A DNA stretch of 56,224 nt, counting the filler, from Sluysia triapertura (Eukaryota): NCBI GenBank assembly GCA_046118255.1. It is 4 parts of 4 records of this genome, joined end to end, with 100 filler letters (N's around TTAATTAATTAA, not from the genome) between each part and the next. Parts side by side here need not be neighbours in the genome. Positions count along the whole stretch, not along the records: positions 33,090 to 45,130 come from JBJNIA010145499.1; positions 45,231 to 56,224 come from JBJNIA010190408.1; 2 more parts are not named here. One strand, 5' to 3'. Shown here in pieces: positions 38,702-50,241 of this stretch. The position numbers and the translations under genes were made by a program. Within the stretch, counting starts at the first letter, position 1. Each line of letters begins with the position of its first letter. A model generated the notes under the pieces. That model made no database searches and was not told where the DNA came from. It saw nothing but the letters and a program-made list of their open reading frames with translations.

Positions 38702-40161
38702 CTCGTCGATTTTACATAATAAAAACTTTTTAAAAAGCGCTTCAAATCTTTATAAAGTAATATTTAAACAAAAAATATTAATCTCTTTTATCTGGAATTA
38801 AATATTCAGATCCATTGGCTAACGTCGATGAATAAATACTAATTGAAGACTTTCTTGTTGGTGCTTTATTGAATTGATTTAAATTCGAATTGTAACGCAT
38901 TATTTTCATGTAAAAGTCATTTGTTGAAAAATTTGTACTGCGTATCGAATTACATCTTTCAAATATAAGCGCATTACTTTATATAGGATGCAAATTTTTC
39001 TAATTTCAAATTTGATATATCATTTATACTATTAAATGATATATATGAATTGTACAGCTGTGGGAAATACGATGGATAATTACGTCTGACAAATTATCCG
39101 TGAAAAATTACCAGAACATAGATATAAATTTGTAAAATTTTCATAAAGTAAACTATCGAAGGAAAATAAATTTTACAAAAACAAATGCATTCATTATAAT
39201 ATGGTGTGGGCACATGATTACGTATTACATGTATATTTACTTTGAGAAATTTATTGCTTAATCTGCATTTACTTGGACTGAATTATTTTCTTTCAACTCT
39301 CTTTGCCAAATATTTTCATAATGTACACAAATTTGTTTATCGTCTTCATTTTCACTTTGCTTTTTAGAACTAAAAATAAATGGTTTTATATCATTAGACA
39401 CTTTTTTGTATCAAAATTTGTAGTTTCACCTTTATCAAACTTTTACTATATGATTTCACATTGTCTCATTTCGGCAGGAAGAAAAAAAATGTTTCGGAGG
39501 TGATGTTGAGGCAAATTAGAAAAGCGGTATCACTGAAACGATATATAATAATTTATAATAATAGTTTATTATAATAGCTTATGTGTTGAAGATTTTTTTA
39601 TTTTTGAGTCTTGCAGTTTGTGTGACATAAGTTGAAATTGTGCAATGTCAAGAGTATTAGTGAATGACTTTTATGTAATTATGTGACTGTATGCCGGAAT
39701 AAAAGTACAGTATGACTGAGACAACACAATTATTATTATTATCAATATTATTATTATCATTATTATTATTATAATTATTATTATCATAATTATTATTATT
39801 ATTATTTTAACATTTATTAATTATAAATGCACTTTAAAAACTGAGTCACAATGTTAAATCAATCAAAATATTACATTTGCTAGCCAGTTTTTTAATCGAT
39901 ATTTTGTCATTGCACATTTTAAGAATAATGATTGGATATTCACTAAAATTTTAATTTTAGAGACGATAATATTAATCGACCATTAAACATTTTAATTAAT
40001 ATAAAAATAAAAGTAATTTGGCAACAAACACACAACAATTTTAGTTACAATATAACTGCTAGTTTTAAAAATTAAAAGTAGACTTGACAAAATTTTAAAA
40101 TTATGTTTAATATTATGACAAGGCTTATAAAATTCTTAAAGACTTTAAAAATAATTCAAAT

Positions 40162-40685
40162 GTATCGACATATACCTTGCACAGTAGTCATCACCTTAAT
40201 GATTACGATGGTACAGAACGACCAATAATATTGCCAATTTCATTATCTACATCATTCACGCGGTGATAATTATAAAAGAGAAATATTAGAAGCAACCATA
40301 TCAGAAATAAAAAATAGTCAATATCGCTTCAGTATTAGCCGCATTAATTTCTATAACTAATTATTTTAATCCTGGAACTGGACGTTATTTTATGAAAGTA
40401 GCTATGAAATTTCGAATAAAATGTGAAGCTATTAATTTGCAAGATTTGAGGCAATTAAATAAATGTTTAACTTCATCTACTACAATGATATGGATTGAAC
40501 CTCCATCTAATCCAATGATGAACATTTTTGATACTGAAGAAGTTAAAATTGGCAAAAGTTTTAGTAAGATTATTATTGTTGTAGTTGATCATCATTTTGA
40601 TCATCACAACATTTTTTTCATCCGTTTTTCAACCTTTAAATCATCGTGCTTATGTAACAATGTATTCATTAATAAATATATGAAT
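40162..40685 (+). pseudogene. CTH: Cystathionine gamma-lyase (Cys/Met metabolism PLP enzyme) N-terminal-half pseudogene
   Basis: STYTLHS...RPIILPISLSTSF / RGDNYKREILEATISEI / ASVLAALISIT / GTGRYF...TTMIWIEPPSNPMMNIFD...IIVVVD...KYMN match the CTH motifs PISLSTTF, R.GNPTR..LE, ASGLAA, GT.RYF, VWIETPTNP, LVVDNT and the PLP-lysine TKYMN. Frameshifts and deletions; truncated after KYMN. Confidence 0.9.
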
Positions 40686-41780
40686 GTTATACAATATATA
40701 CTGACGATTTTTACAAACGGAACCTGCAAACATCAAGATGATATAATCGACACAAGTGGCTGTTTAAATATTATTTGGGCACAACCCAATACACCAATTA
40801 CCACAACAACATGCTGTAAATCATGGTTCAACTTCATAGACGAAGAAATATTTTGTTTGTTACTTCAAGTACGATATTTTAATTTTATTCTCATATCTTT
40901 TTAGTTGATTTATATTCTTGCCTTAGTCTATTTAAAGTCCTGCCAACATCTGTGATTAACGGTGATATCGGGTCTTATTCTTTAGTAATTGACTAACATA
41001 AATATTTAGGGTTAGAGGACCTAGAGTTAGTGATCTATATTGAATATATTTTGCTTTAATAAGGGTTCAAAGATTTAAGTTGTGTCAACCCTGGTCTTTT
41101 TTATTTGTTTTTAAAGAGTAATTTACGTTGTTATAGAGTAATTTGCAATATTGTTATAAAAAATAATTTGTATTTTGTTATAAAGAGTACTTTGTATTGT
41201 CGTTGTCGTAAGTAATAATTTATATCTTTTAATTATAATTTTTGTGATTATCCAAAGAATATATCAGCATATTTATCACTTTTTTAGCATAATAAACTTT
41301 TAATCATTTTTAAATTTTAGTTCATTAGAGTAGTGATTCCTAGTAAATAAGTGGAGTTTTAAAGATAATAGACAAATACGTTATTTTTATATAAACTTAA
41401 ATACAGACGCCCGCTTTTGTCGTTGTTAACATTATATTTTATAAGCTATAGTCGACATAACCGACAATTTTGTCCTCTATTGTTTAAGTTAATGCAAATA
41501 GTATTTTTATACGGTTAATCTTTAGGATTGTTTTCACGTTATTTTTACAAATATGCCATTAGTAAGTCGTATACTGTAAACGGACTCTGAATAATAATTT
41601 ATTTTGCTGACAGATAAGTCCCTTTTGTTAAGAAAAACACCAGAAAAATAACGTGAAGCAATTATTGATATTTAAGTTTAACAGTATTAAGTAAGGAAGT
41701 AAGTAGATGTAAGCATTTAAGTAAGTAAGTCTTAAAGTAAAGTGTAATTTAAGTTAAGTGTAATCGATATAAGTAAATAA

Positions 41781-42870
41781 GTGAATAATCTAAATTATGA
41801 GAAACTTTTAAACATAGACAATAAAGAAATAGATATTAAAGAAGATTATAGTAATCTTAGGAAATTTAATTCACTTGATAATATTAGAATTCCATTACAA
41901 GATATAAAAGTCGTATTAGAAAATATTAAAATGACAGTACCGATGATCGAATTTAAGGAATACATGACACAGCTTGCACAAAATATAAAACCTGCAGTAG
42001 AATTACCAAAAATCCGTATGTTTAACGGAGCTGAAGAGGATTTGTGTGATTTTTTTGTTTGAGTATGACAGCATAGCATAGGCTAATGGCTGGTCAGAAT
42101 TAAAGAAAATTTAGATAATTCAAAATTATCTTACAGTTGTTGCTATTCAGACATATAAATTCATAGACAATACTAAGAAAACTAATTGGAGCACTTTTGT
42201 TAACGCTTTCACGGAAGAAATCACTTTGGCTGAGATCTGCAAATACTGTACACGAAAGTTAAATATAAAACAAAAATCTCTCGAAACTGTATATGAATAC
42301 GTGTGCGCACTCAAGAGTTTAGTGGCACAAGCTAAGATTTCGGATGATAAGGAAATGACTTTAATAGATAAATTTAAAACTAGACTTCGTCCAGAGTTAA
42401 GCATCTACGTTAATTTAATTGATAATCAATCATTTAAGGAGATAGTCAAAAAATTAAAAGGAATAGAGAAATCCAAAACTGAAGCAAATAACATCGTAAA
42501 TTATGTAAGTTATGATGATAAGAGAGATAGGAGTCCAGAATATAGTTTCAGATAATTATAATAATAATACCAGTAATTTTAGAGTCTACAATTACATGAG
42601 AAATAATTTTACTCACGAGTAAATGATTATAATCAAAGAATAGGAAGAGCGAGAGGATTTGCAAGAAGTTATAATGAAACAAGATAATTTGAGCAAAGAC
42701 CTCCGACAAGGTGGCCGAATATTGAAGAATTTACAAATAGAAATAATAGTCCAGGAAGAAATAACAATTATAATAATAAAACTAAAACTAACGTAGGAGA
42801 AATAATATGTCATAATTGTAATAGGAAAGGACACTACGCACGAAATTGTAATAAATTAAAATTAGATACT
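41781..42870 (+). pseudogene. gag: gag pseudogene (retrotransposon capsid plus zinc knuckle)
   Basis: Frames 41781-42062 and 42061-42555 join across a poly-T frameshift and two TAG stops; the CCHC knuckle lies downstream. Confidence 0.88.
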
Positions 42871-43740
42871 TTTAACCAAGACTTAAGTAGAATGCAGAAT
42901 TATCAACCAGTAAGGGACAAGTCCATCAAGCAAGGTAAGGTTTAATGAGAAACATAATAAAAATGGTAGGATACAAGCCAATTATAACTATGAAACACAA
43001 GAATATGACGATTATGACAGCTATGGTGAAGAATCTGAAGGAAATGGATATGAAAGAAGTTCGGGTAGATTGACAGACGAAGAAACAAAAATACTGCAAG
43101 AATACCACAGATGATGATGAAAAACAAAAGAGATTAACGAAAAAACAAGAAGATGAAGATGAAACATTCGTGACCTATTTATATGAACAATTTTTAAAAT
43201 TTTTAAAGAAAAAAGAAGAAATGAAGAATAACACAAGAAAAAAAGAAGAAATGAAGAATAACACAAGAAAAACAGAAGAAAATAAGAAAACTGAAGGAAT
43301 ATTGGATGGTTGGAATAAAAATATAAATAATATCAAGTAATGATAGATGATGAATTTAAAAATACAAATGATATCCATCGAGTACCGATAAATGGCGAAT
43401 ATAAAAATGAAGAAATAAAAATACCCGAAGATGAAATAAAGGTAATTAGAGAAACAGATAATTTTAGTAAAAAACGAAATAATTATAATGTCAGTTAATG
43501 AAGAAAAAGAGTTCAATAACTCTGAATCGGCTCTAAGTGTTAAAAAGGCTAAGATTTCTTAACGATTTACAAAATGGCGCTATGTAATCGAAAGATATTG
43601 ATAGAAATATGAATAATTTACTCACTTCAGATACGTCTTGGATTGATGATCAAAGTATTAAATCGAATTTAGTGATTTCAAATAAAGAAAATAGTTCTTA
43701 TAAAGCAAAAGCTATGACATTTTTAAGAAAAATTGGTTAA

Positions 43741-44004
43741 ATGGAAAGAGTCAAAAAACCCAGTGCACTAATGAAAATAAATGTATTAATTAATGAGTCG
43801 ATTAAAGTTTTTATAGAATTACCCGTGACTTCAATAGTAAAAGAAATGATTGATATAATTAAATCGAATGATATTACGGTAACATATATAAAGTTATTTT
43901 ATCGTGATAGAAAGTTAGAACCAAATGAGTTCTTAAATGATTATGGTAATCCGTTAGGAAACCACGATGAAATAATAAAAGCTTTTATTGCTTACACGGT
44001 ATAA
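43741..44004 (+). CDS. Ubiquitin-like (beta-grasp) domain inside the retroelement
   Basis: MKINVL...VFIEL....IVKEMIDII.....IKLFYRDRKLEPNEFLNDYG aligns by eye to ubiquitin MQIFVK...ITLEV....IENVKAKI.....[20 protein letters not shown]; no C-terminal GG. Confidence 0.65.
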   Translation: MERVKKPSALMKINVLINESIKVFIELPVTSIVKEMIDIIKSNDITVTYIKLFYRDRKLEPNEFLNDYGNPLGNHDEIIKAFIAYTV

Positions 44005-45130
44005 AATAAACCTGTTGCTATTACAAATGTATATGATGATGTTAATCTAGATAAAACCCCACACTCTAACATGAAACAGTTAATGGAAAATGATACGGAT
44101 GTACTCATAGGCAATACAGAAATTAAAAATGAAAATATAATGGAGAAACCTAATTACATAATTGATTTAAATAGTAACTTCATATTGAAACTAATGACAA
44201 GGAAATGAATACTATAAAAAGAGGTCCTGGTCGACCAAGAAAAAATGAGTATAATGAAAATAAGACAATTATACCGCATCTCGTACGTAAAAATAATATT
44301 GAATTGACTAAAATATATAGCGAAGTTATAGATAATATTGATACTTTGGGTACTAAGAATATAATTATGCATTATTGTCGGATAAATTTGCAGACTATGT
44401 TAAATATAAGAACTTACTTCAAAAAGTGAAAGGGTACAGGTTATCCCTAATAGAATTAGTGAAATAAATAGAAAATAAATACAAGAATAAGGACATTAGT
44501 AATTATATAGATACTGGACGATATAGACTAATAATAGATAAACATATTAATACAGGTTTAAGTAATTAAAAAATTAAAATAATTTTGGCATATTTAATAC
44601 TTCAATGTGACAAAGCAAAGTCACTAATTATGGAGAAAATAGAGGTCATAGAATTTATCAATAAAAAGCTCGGTCTTTGGATCGACAAACAAGGAAGTTG
44701 GAGAAATATAATTAAGGAAAAAGATAATCACAATGAATCGTTCGTTATTTCATCAAATTTATTAACAGTATCATATACAGATTAAGTAATTCAGTAATAT
44801 TACTAGTAATAATATTACTAGTTATGCTTGGGATAAATAGATCCAGTGCGGAAAAATTTGTAGTACACATAAATAAATGTAAAATAGCACTAAAAGAATA
44901 TAATTTAATAAATCGAAAAATCATAAAGACAAACTTAAAAGTCAAACCCAAAATCGTGATAGACCACCCTCGGTTAATCATATATCGATAAACAAGTAAT
45001 AATGATGAATAATTCGGTACTTAATACATATGGACACATAAATCATCAATGATAGGTTTTTAAAAATTTTTTTGTAAATCAGAGTTGGGATTCTAGGTGC
45101 AACCATGGTAACAATGAATATATATATATA

Positions 45131-45230
45131 NNNNNNNNNNNNNNNNNNNNNNNNNNNNNNNNNNNNNNNNNNNNTTAATTAATTAANNNNNNNNNNNNNN
45201 NNNNNNNNNNNNNNNNNNNNNNNNNNNNNN
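45131..45230. other. Scaffold gap with artificial spacer
   Basis: N-TTAATTAATTAA-N. Confidence 0.97.
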
Positions 45231-45889
45231 AATTGTTTCATAATATAAAAATTAAAATAATAAAAGTATTAAAATTAAAATACCTAATCCAACACCATTA
45301 AAAAATAAAAGCAAACAAAACATTTCCAGAATCACTTTGGAACTATGCGCATAAACATAAAATACGCTTGTGAACAAGTTAGCACAAGAAATAGAAATTA
45401 TAATGTAGAAAATGCAGATGTAACCGTGAGTAAAAACAAGTACGAAACAACATAAAACAATGAATTTGTAAGAATTTAAGTTTTGAAATCTAAAAATAAA
45501 ATTTTTAAAACTAATTCCAAAGTAAAATAATTCTAACAAGGTAAAATGTAAAATAAATGACAAGAAATGAAATAAACTTAAAAATCTGAAAATGAGAAAT
45601 ACCTTAAATAATGCACCACTCTAAAATGAAACAAAGCCAAACTAAAGTAGAACAAGAAGTTAAAGAGTAAAATTCAAAAAATTATTGACCATAGCATTAA
45701 GTCAGCGAAAAATACTGTTTTTTCAACAGATATTAATTTTTATTGTAAAAGTATTAATCTGATGTGGTATTGTAAAAATATTGTATTGTGAAATATAGGT
45801 TGATATATAAAAATTTTTACGAAAATATTTATATTGTTAAAGTAACAATAAAAATTATGATAACGATAATAAAGTAATAATAATACTAA

Positions 45890-45929
<40 letters not shown>

Positions 45930-47008
45930 TAATTAATAATAATTAATATTGAAAGGATGAATGCCAATAAATGTTAGAATGTTCGACGACTGTTTGAATT
46001 AATATTGAATATACTGAGCCACGAAGTAAATTTAAATATATCATAAAATAAATGTTGTACATGAATGTAAGTTTGATTAGCAAAAATTAATCATTTACAA
46101 AATTACTAACAGTATGTAATTTTATTTTATGTATTTAATAGTTAACAAATAATATATAATTTTATTTTATATTTAACTAATAGACAGTATATAATTTCAT
46201 AGAAAATTTTTATCAATAGTAAAAACTGATACATTTAACGAACAGACAATATATAATTTCACTGAAATTTTTATCACTTTTTATAAATAGAATATTTTAA
46301 TGGTATTAACAATTGGATATAAATAGAGCAATAAAAAACAAAAAAAGGCAGAAGGAAGAAAAGAGTTGACAATTTTATTTATCGAGTTTAGAAGTTAGTC
46401 CTTATTATTGTTAAGTGTCTACGTAAATTTTTTTTATCATAATTAAAATTAGTATTTTTACAAAAGTCATTATGTATGTCATAAAATTTTATTTCGTTTG
46501 AGATTATAATTAAATTTGTTAATGTTTATAGTTCTTTTCTTATAACCACTTAATGGGAACTGGAAAAGTAATATTATAAGTTTAATTTTATAAGATTTCA
46601 ACTGTTCCAAAACTAAGAACAGAAGCAAATCATTCTCCAAGATTAATTTTATAAAAAAGATATTAAATAAATTAAGCAAAATTATTTAAGTACAGATAGA
46701 ATTTTAATTTTAAAAAAGAAACATAAATAAACAAATTAGATAAAAAGTTATTTGATTAATAATTAGGTTTTAAAGTTCAGTGGTTGATATAAGAAATTAA
46801 AGATATAAAATCAACGTTTGCAATAATTGTAAAGTGTCTACGTTATTCCCAAATCTAGAACTTCATATCACAATAGAAAGTTATATAACGAGTAAATTTT
46901 GAGAATTAAAGTCCAAAAGTAGATTAAGTATTATTAAACGTTTTGTTTTAGCGAATAATTTTTGATAAGCTAAATTTTAAAAGAATTGAAGACAAAATCT
47001 TGTACCAG

Positions 47009-47158
47009 TTAACACATTCGCTACCACTGTGCAGAAGTGCATCGTTCCCACAGACCAGTGATAAATTTTTGCCTATGTTATTGTCCCAAATGTGAGTTGT
47101 TAGACTGTTAGAAAAACTAATTGCTCAAATATGAGCCGTGTGGTAGCAACAGTGTTAA
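47009..47158. mobile_element. piggyBac-type MITE (~142 bp) with TTAA target duplication
   Basis: TTAA-cacattcgctaccac ... gtggtagcaacagtg-TTAA: imperfect 15-bp TIRs inside TTAA on both sides. Confidence 0.75.
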
Positions 47159-47211
47159 GATTTGAGATTAAATTATGTAACATATCACAAACAGTAAAAA
47201 AATAATTTTAC

Positions 47212-47266
<55 letters not shown>

Positions 47267-47462
47267 TAGAATATTTTTTCTCTTCTTAAGATCAAGTTCA
47301 TATGTCTCATTAATCTGAGAAATTTCCTGTTGTTTAATTATTATTTAGGGTTTCAATATAATTTTTAATTTAACTTGAAAACATTTTGGAAAAGGTTGGG
47401 AAAATCTTCATTAAATATATATAAATTGACACGTGATATTGGAATAATTGGTCAATGTCAAA

Positions 47463-47830
47463 CTAAGTCAAAGAAACAATTAATCTTATTAATATATTCA
47501 CATTTATTCTTTTTAATTTATATACATATATAACCTGGATTTCAACACCACCAAGACACCACTGGTCATTATAGTGAATTCTTCTGTGATACTTTCGATG
47601 CATAAACATAATCTCATCAAGTGCTACTACTATATTTGCTCCACCTATTTTAGCCTTATTTTGATTTAACTTAGAACCACAAACTGTACGAAACTTTTTG
47701 ATCCAAGTTCTTTGTCTGTAAGTTATGTTTATTGATGAATCCGTCGCGTTTATAACGACGTATTTTAGCTTCTGACATTTGTCGAATTTGAAGTACATCT
47801 TTTAAAACCATACATTTGTTGACGCCAATG
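47463..47830 (-). mobile_element. Merlin (IS1595/ISXO2-like) DDE transposase fragment
   Basis: KIGGANIVVALDEIMFMHRKYHRR....QWCLGGVE matches the Merlin consensus IGG.G.IVEIDES.F..RKY.RG....WVFGG.E. Confidence 0.9.
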
Positions 47831-47908
47831 TTTGTTGAGTTCTGGATAATAAGAAAAAACTAAATACTTAATTCTAAAGGATTCTGACCATCAATTAGGT
47901 ATCACGAC

Positions 47909-48247
47909 GTGCAGGTGCCAATTATAGATAAAAACGAAAATCAAAGAAAATCAAAGAAAATACTTCAAATTGCTAACAATGGTACGAATGTAACGAATGA
48001 CGAGCATAAGAACATTAGTATGACTACTACCAGTAGAAATGAGAACATAATTCTAAATGTCACTAGATTAGATAAGAAATCGAATAAGGAAAACACTAAC
48101 TGCTCAATTGTAAAGGAATCCAACAATAATTTCATTACAACTGTAAATTACGTTTTAATAATAACTTCTCTATTAACCTTAATAATTAATTTTATTATCC
48201 CAAAATTTTACCTGTTTATTAGGCATAGGGCACATTTCTTTATATAA
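47909..48247 (+). CDS. Fragment of a putative type-I membrane glycoprotein (sequon-rich stalk plus TM)
   Basis: Five N-x-S/T sequons (NGT, NVT, NIS, NVT, NCS), then hydrophobic YVLIITSLLTLIINFII and a short basic tail. Confidence 0.3.
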   Translation: MQVPIIDKNENQRKSKKILQIANNGTNVTNDEHKNISMTTTSRNENIILNVTRLDKKSNKENTNCSIVKESNNNFITTVNYVLIITSLLTLIINFIIPKFYLFIRHRAHFFI

Positions 48248-48254
48248 ATTTTTA

Positions 48255-48400
48255 ACACATATTGCATAATTGACCATATGTTATGGCATTCCCATTCATG
48301 TTGGGTCATATGTAATATTAAAATCATAAAGAATAAATTTTGTAAATATAGTAAGGATCGTACATATGACTGAATGTGGTGGTTTACCATCCATCTCGAG
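48255..48400 (-). mobile_element. Tc1/IS630-like transposase fragment
   Basis: MDGKPPH (QDGAP.H) and, in another frame, HNIWSIM (ENIWSIM) in the expected order. Confidence 0.45.
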
Positions 48401-48529
48401 TCATGCACTTAAAATATCACTTAAAATATTACTTAAAATTATATATATAAGTTTAGGATATTTTAATTTTTCTAATATTATTTATTTATTGTCTTATTAT
48501 ATATTTTTTTAGTTAAAAAGCAATCAGTA

Positions 48530-48982
48530 ATGTCCTTCTCCATTTGTTTTCGTTCTTTGCGAAAATATTTTGCTAGAACTTCCTCTTGCTTTCACCGCTT
48601 CCACTTCTTTTGTCTTTACAACCTTTTCGAATCTTCTCCATCACCTTTGCCAAGTTGTTCCTTATGTAGAGCCACTATTAATAAGTGCGACATTTATTAC
48701 AAACGCTCTTTCAGACGGTCGTACGAGTTTACAGTTAAATATATAACCGACGACTCAGAGGAGCCCGGTATTGACGTATATCAACCGGCATCATCTATAA
48801 AAGAAAAAAGTCTTAGTAAGAATGGGTGGATAAAACCTCCCCCCAATTTCTCATTAGGTTTAACCAAATTACAAAGACGCAATAGACGCAGGCGTCAATT
48901 AAAACATTTTTATAAGGAAAAAGAAACAAATATGTTAAAAGCTTCGAAACCTAATAATCCCTTTCTAAAAAGAAAACATTAG
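48530..48982 (+). CDS. Unknown 150-aa ORF with Cys cluster and basic NLS-like tract
   Basis: Open frame in a visibly GC-richer block; CSLC and RRNRRRRQLK; preceded by an acceptor-like tttttag. Confidence 0.35.
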   Translation: MSFSICFRSLRKYFARTSSCFHRFHFFCLYNLFESSPSPLPSCSLCRATINKCDIYYKRSFRRSYEFTVKYITDDSEEPGIDVYQPASSIKEKSLSKNGWIKPPPNFSLGLTKLQRRNRRRRQLKHFYKEKETNMLKASKPNNPFLKRKH

Positions 48983-49098
48983 TTCTTCCTAACTTATTTT
49001 ATTATTTTAGTATACGATTTTAAATATTGATAAAAATAGCCTACTTATTTAAATTATTTTTCCGTATAATTTTTATTTTTCCTCCTTTTTACCTTCAG

Positions 49099-50047
49099 TC
49101 ACATTCACGCAAAACTAATTGACCAACAAAAAAAATTTTATGTTTGTATTGATCGTTATTGCCATGAAAGTATTACTCCTGCCTTTTTCTGCGACTCAGT
49201 TTCAACACCCAATACTTTGAAATCAGAACTTAATATTAACCTAGCAACTCACATATTTTCATTAAAACCAGAATTCCCTTGTGTCTCGCTTGATGGTCTT
49301 TCGCAAGTCCCCGAAACTATAACTTCTCTTTATTTAGTCGTTGCCAGAAGCGTTGTCAAAGTCACTTTAATCGAAAACGACATATCATTTCCGACTCGAG
49401 TTCATGGTTTTATTTCATTACATATAACGAATTTACACAAAAAGTGTAATGTAATAATTGAAGCCACTTCAATCGCACTATTTTTCCCTTTGCTTCCATC
49501 TACCTTCCAGTCTTTTCTTCCAAATTTATATAAAAACGACACAGTAAATTTGTCACGCTGGCAGAACGGGACATCTTTTACCCATGTTCCCCCGATGACG
49601 GCTTACGACGAAGACCGCCTCGTTTTTGTGGCTTATTCCCTCGCCCACGATTTTCTTAATCGCCAATACCTAACTCAAGTGTCTTGTACCCCTTATTCGA
49701 AGCAGTTTCACACTGATATCAACATTAAACCTCGTCTCCGAATAAAGAATTTTTTGAGGGATATCCAGGAGATCAAGTATTCGGATATCTCCGAGGCTAA
49801 GGACATTGATGATGTCCGCCCTTTCTTAATGGGTCATCTGCATGACAAAATTATGGTATCTTTGAATCCCTGTTTTGTCATTAAAAGCCTCGATTTGCCT
49901 TCTGGTTGGCTTAAAGGTGTCATTAATTTAAGTAATCATAATCTCCTTTCTTACACAACTGATCATGCCATTTTACGTGGAAGGCAAACCTTTAGGTTGT
50001 TATATCTTGTACCGCCCCGTATGACCTGCTCACCAATGGCTTTTTGA
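49099..50047 (+). CDS. Longest intact ORF in the window (>=276 aa, open upstream to the acceptor at 49098); product unknown
   Basis: Stop-free for ~950 nt in an AT-rich genome; follows a polypyrimidine tract ending ccttcag. No family recognised. Confidence 0.6.
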
Positions 50048-50241
50048 ACTAGTCTCTGTGTTAGACCTAATCTGTGATAAGGACTTGTTTTTTATCCCTA
50101 ATTCCTCTCTTCCTCCCCCTTCACTCTTTTCTAATTCTGACTCTACTGTTAATACTTTCATGGCACCATCAATATCATCATCATCGTCAGTATCAGTACC
50201 TATGTCATCATCAACTTCTATATTATCATCAGTTATACCTA

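Larger units (their letters stand above)
41450..45000 (+). mobile_element. Degraded Ty3/gypsy-like retroelement: leader, Gag, CCHC knuckle, UBL domain, AT-hook, protease-like motif; no RT seen before the gap
   Basis: Gag capsid motifs PKIRMFNG..EDL.DF..EY...A.ANGW...K...YL and IKQ...ETVYEY...LKSL...F...LRPEL; CHNCNRKGHYARNC (CX2CX4HX4C) at 42808-42849; KRGPGRPRK at 44217-44243; IDTG at 44507-44518. Stops and frameshifts throughout. Confidence 0.85.

Noticed and set aside
40686-40904. C-terminal part of the 170-aa ORF as CTH
   Set aside because: Similarity stops at KYMN; the rest is unrelated sequence joined in frame.
42061-42130. Stop-codon reassignment (TAG at plausible Gln sites in gag; TAA at Tyr sites in mariner)
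   Set aside because: The implied amino acids are inconsistent, the same regions also carry frameshifts and TGA stops, and the intact GLUT exon ends in TAA. Ordinary pseudogene decay explains it.
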